Below the pieces are notes generated by a model, which saw nothing but the letters and a program-made list of their open reading frames with translations, was not told the DNA's origin and searched no databases. A stretch of 61,108 bases of DNA, the filler included, from Asterionella formosa (lineage: Eukaryota), in the NCBI GenBank assembly GCA_002256025.1. It is 5 parts of 5 records of this genome, joined end to end, with 100 filler letters (N's around TTAATTAATTAA, not from the genome) between each part and the next. Parts side by side here need not be neighbours in the genome. Positions count along the whole stretch, not along the records: positions 48,979 to 61,108 come from NKIB01007794.1; 4 more parts are not named here. One strand, given 5' to 3'. Position numbers and translations under genes: made by a program. Positions within the stretch are counted from its first letter, which is position 1; each line of letters starts with the position of its first letter. This document shows positions 58,615 to 61,108 of the stretch, piece after piece.

Positions 58615-60866
58615 ATGCTTTGCTCCCTCATAGTTGCTTCTCTATTCCTTGGATCAGCGAGAGGGCTGCTTCAGCTTCGTATCAAACAGCAAGTACTTGT
58701 CCAAGGTCCAAAAAGTCCTCGTTCTATTCATGAATTTATCAACGACCTTCATGAATACCTCGACTTGACGTTTTATGGATATGTACGGTCTAATGTTGTG
58801 GTTGAACCACATGTTGACAGTTATGCTATCTCCGGATATATACTTTTCCGAGAGGACGCTGCTCTCGGCCCCCTTGGTCTCAAGAACGCCGAAACTTCTC
58901 GTTTTGAAGACATATGTAGCGAGTTGAATAAATCACTTTTGTTGCATAAGGATACTTCCAAAGAAAATAGAAGGATTCGAGGAAGGCAGTTGCGCGTTAG
59001 CTCTATTGCTCGTCCTTCAGATGGTACACCTGGTCAAAAACATCGGGGCCTTGTACGTGAATCTTCCTTGTGTGCTGCATTTTCCTTCGTGCAAAAACAA
59101 CAACTGACATTTCTCACCTCTTTTTGACATACCCGATATCTAATTATCAGAAATCTATAGTTCCAACAGTTTCACCAACTACGGTCCCATCGGCGCAAAC
59201 ATATGATTTACCAACGCTTCCTTTGATTTCCAATTCAACAATACCCATGTGCAACTACACTTCACTTCCAATTTACTCGGTCCAATGTGTCTCACTTTCT
59301 AATGGTACGCTTGTGTTGAATCCTGGTGAATTCACGTGTTCTCAAAACAACTCGTATCGTTTTGGTTTAACGATCTACGGTGAACTCGGTTTGTTCGATA
59401 CAACCCACATGCCCTTGTGGTCGTCTGGCACAACCTGCCCCGGCAAGTGCGACGGTGTATATGTGCGCCTTCAAGTGGACGGAAACTTGCTCGTCAATTC
59501 TACTTTAGGCGTTTTATGGGAATCTAGAACGGCTGGTCATACCGACTGTAATGCAATATTGACAGTTGGGAACGATGGAGTTGCAACCATACGTTGCAAC
59601 ACCGAAGGGTACATATGGTCAACTGCGACTGCGTTAAACGGCGTCGTTAACTCCTCTAGCCTTGAACGGAAAGTTATGGCCGGCTACCAAGGTTGGTTTT
59701 TTGCCAAAGGGGATGGGGGCATTGATCAATGGGTTCATTGGGGGGAGCCCAGAATTGCACCAAGCATCGACACAGTCACCATTGACTTCTGGCCTGACAT
59801 GTCTGAATGTGACAATGATGAGCTCTATCGTACGGATTTAAATTACAGCAATGGGGCGAATGCACCCGTATACAGTGCATTCAACACCAAGACTGTGGAG
59901 CGCCACTGTAGATGGATGCAAGATTATGGCCTCGACGGAATTTTTGCCCAGCGATTTATACGTGAAGCAGTTCAATGGACCCCTATCGTCGATAAGGTAC
60001 TCTCCAACATTCGGAGCGGCTCTGAAAAGTTTGGCCGAGTTTTTGCGGTGATGTATGACATAAGCAATGGCGAGAACTATATAATGGTTCAGGAGGTCAT
60101 AAATGACTGGATGCATCTTGTTGACAATCAAAACATCACTAAGAGCGGGCAGTACCTTCGTCACAGAGGGAAACCACTATTAGCGATTTGGGGACTAGGC
60201 TTTGCAAGTCGAGTTGCAGACGTCGCCTCTGCGCGCATGTTGATAGATTGGTTCCGGAACGCTGACGAGAAATATCAAGTCACCCTTCTTGGTGGAGTTC
60301 CAGCTGGATGGAGAGACTTGGGTCAAGCATCCAAGACGCAGCCCGAGTGGGCGGATATCTATCGAAGTTTTGACGTTATCAGCCCTTGGACAGTCGGAGC
60401 TATGAACGATCTAGCAAGCGCTGACTATTATTCAGCGAATTATATCAAACCCGACCTACAGGAATGTGACAAGTTGGGAATCGACTACCTTCCTGTCGTC
60501 TTCCCTGGATTTTCAGCCTTCCATCTTGGAAACAACAGACCGCTGAATCAAATTCCTCGTAATGGAGGAACTTTCTTTTGGCGCCAGTTTTTCAATGCAA
60601 TGTCTGCCAATAGTTCCATGGTATACATAGCCATGTTCGATGAAGTGAACGAAGGAACTGCTATCTTCAAGGTTGCCGAAAGGCAAGAACAACTTCCACT
60701 TGGAGTCACGATGGTAACCTTAGATCAAGATTTGGGATACCCTTCGCTTCCCTCAGATTGGTACTTGCAGCTTGCTGGGGCGGCTACTAATTATGTACAC
60801 AGTGGAGAAGCGTTTCCGGTAGACATGCCCATTTTCCCCACGAACCAGTCAATCACACCTAATTGA
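58615..60866 (+). CDS. Secreted protein: bulb-type (B-)lectin domain + GH71/GH99-like glycoside hydrolase (exons 58615-59052, 59151-60866)
   Basis: Signal peptide MLCSLIVASLFLGSARG; phase-0 intron at 59053-59150. LQVDGNLLV...VLWES lectin repeat. KVMAGYQGWF, IDFWPDMSE, WMQDYGLDGIFAQRF, DVISPWTVG, PVVFPGFS and YIAMFDEVNEGTAIFK. Confidence 0.82.
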
Positions 60867-61108
60867 ATCACAATGTAGCACGTCCTTTATATTTATTTGT
60901 TTGTTCAACTCGTTCTCAACTCGTTGTCACCAAATTCGCATCTGATACATTCCCCTGGCGACCCGACGACGATTGTAATTGGTCAAGGAACCATCAAGCA
61001 GATGGGAGCCTGGCATCATTACAGTAAACGTTCCCGGAACGAAATCCCGGACGATTGGCACAGCCTTTGACAAGTTGGAAAGTTACATGTGGTACCCATG
61101 TACACTAC

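Noticed and set aside
26794..60866. Sulfated-glycan gene cluster (PAPS transporter, sulfatase, lectin-GH)
   Set aside because: The genes are 9-20 kb apart, separated by unrelated housekeeping genes, repeats and gaps; no evidence of clustering.

Overview
Eukaryotic nuclear scaffold, most likely a pennate diatom (inferred from short GT-AG introns, several signal-peptide + ASAF-like plastid presequences, two HSF paralogues and a copia-type gag). It contains five assembly gaps. About 18 protein genes are supported: RNA Pol I largest subunit, DUF1350 hydrolase, a small PAS-like protein, 2 HSFs, a torsin-like AAA+ protein, DDX11/CHL1, a PAPS transporter, SPCS2, a sulfatase, a Ham1-like/XPRT fusion, UBE2J, a DnaJ protein, TruB, TMEM205-like, DUF1769-PH-DUF547, a B-lectin/GH71-99-like protein and one unknown; a solitary gag ORF is also present. 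Gene blocks alternate with repeat-rich tracts holding Harbinger/PIF MITEs and relics. Best leads: (1) a putatively plastid-targeted fusion of a degenerate Ham1/ITPase-like domain with a Firmicute-type xanthine phosphoribosyltransferase; (2) a tRNA-Ala-like Pol III element with G3:U70, no normal D/anticodon arm, a hairpin body and a simple-repeat tail (candidate SINE or ncRNA); (3) an unclassified 3-copy repeat whose long hairpin shows compensatory changes; (4) strong intergenic-only enrichment of the TACC(W)GGTA palindrome; (5) a Tudor-like insertion in RPA1; (6) a Walker-B-dead, membrane-anchored torsin-like protein. All family assignments are by eye from recalled motifs; no database searches were run.
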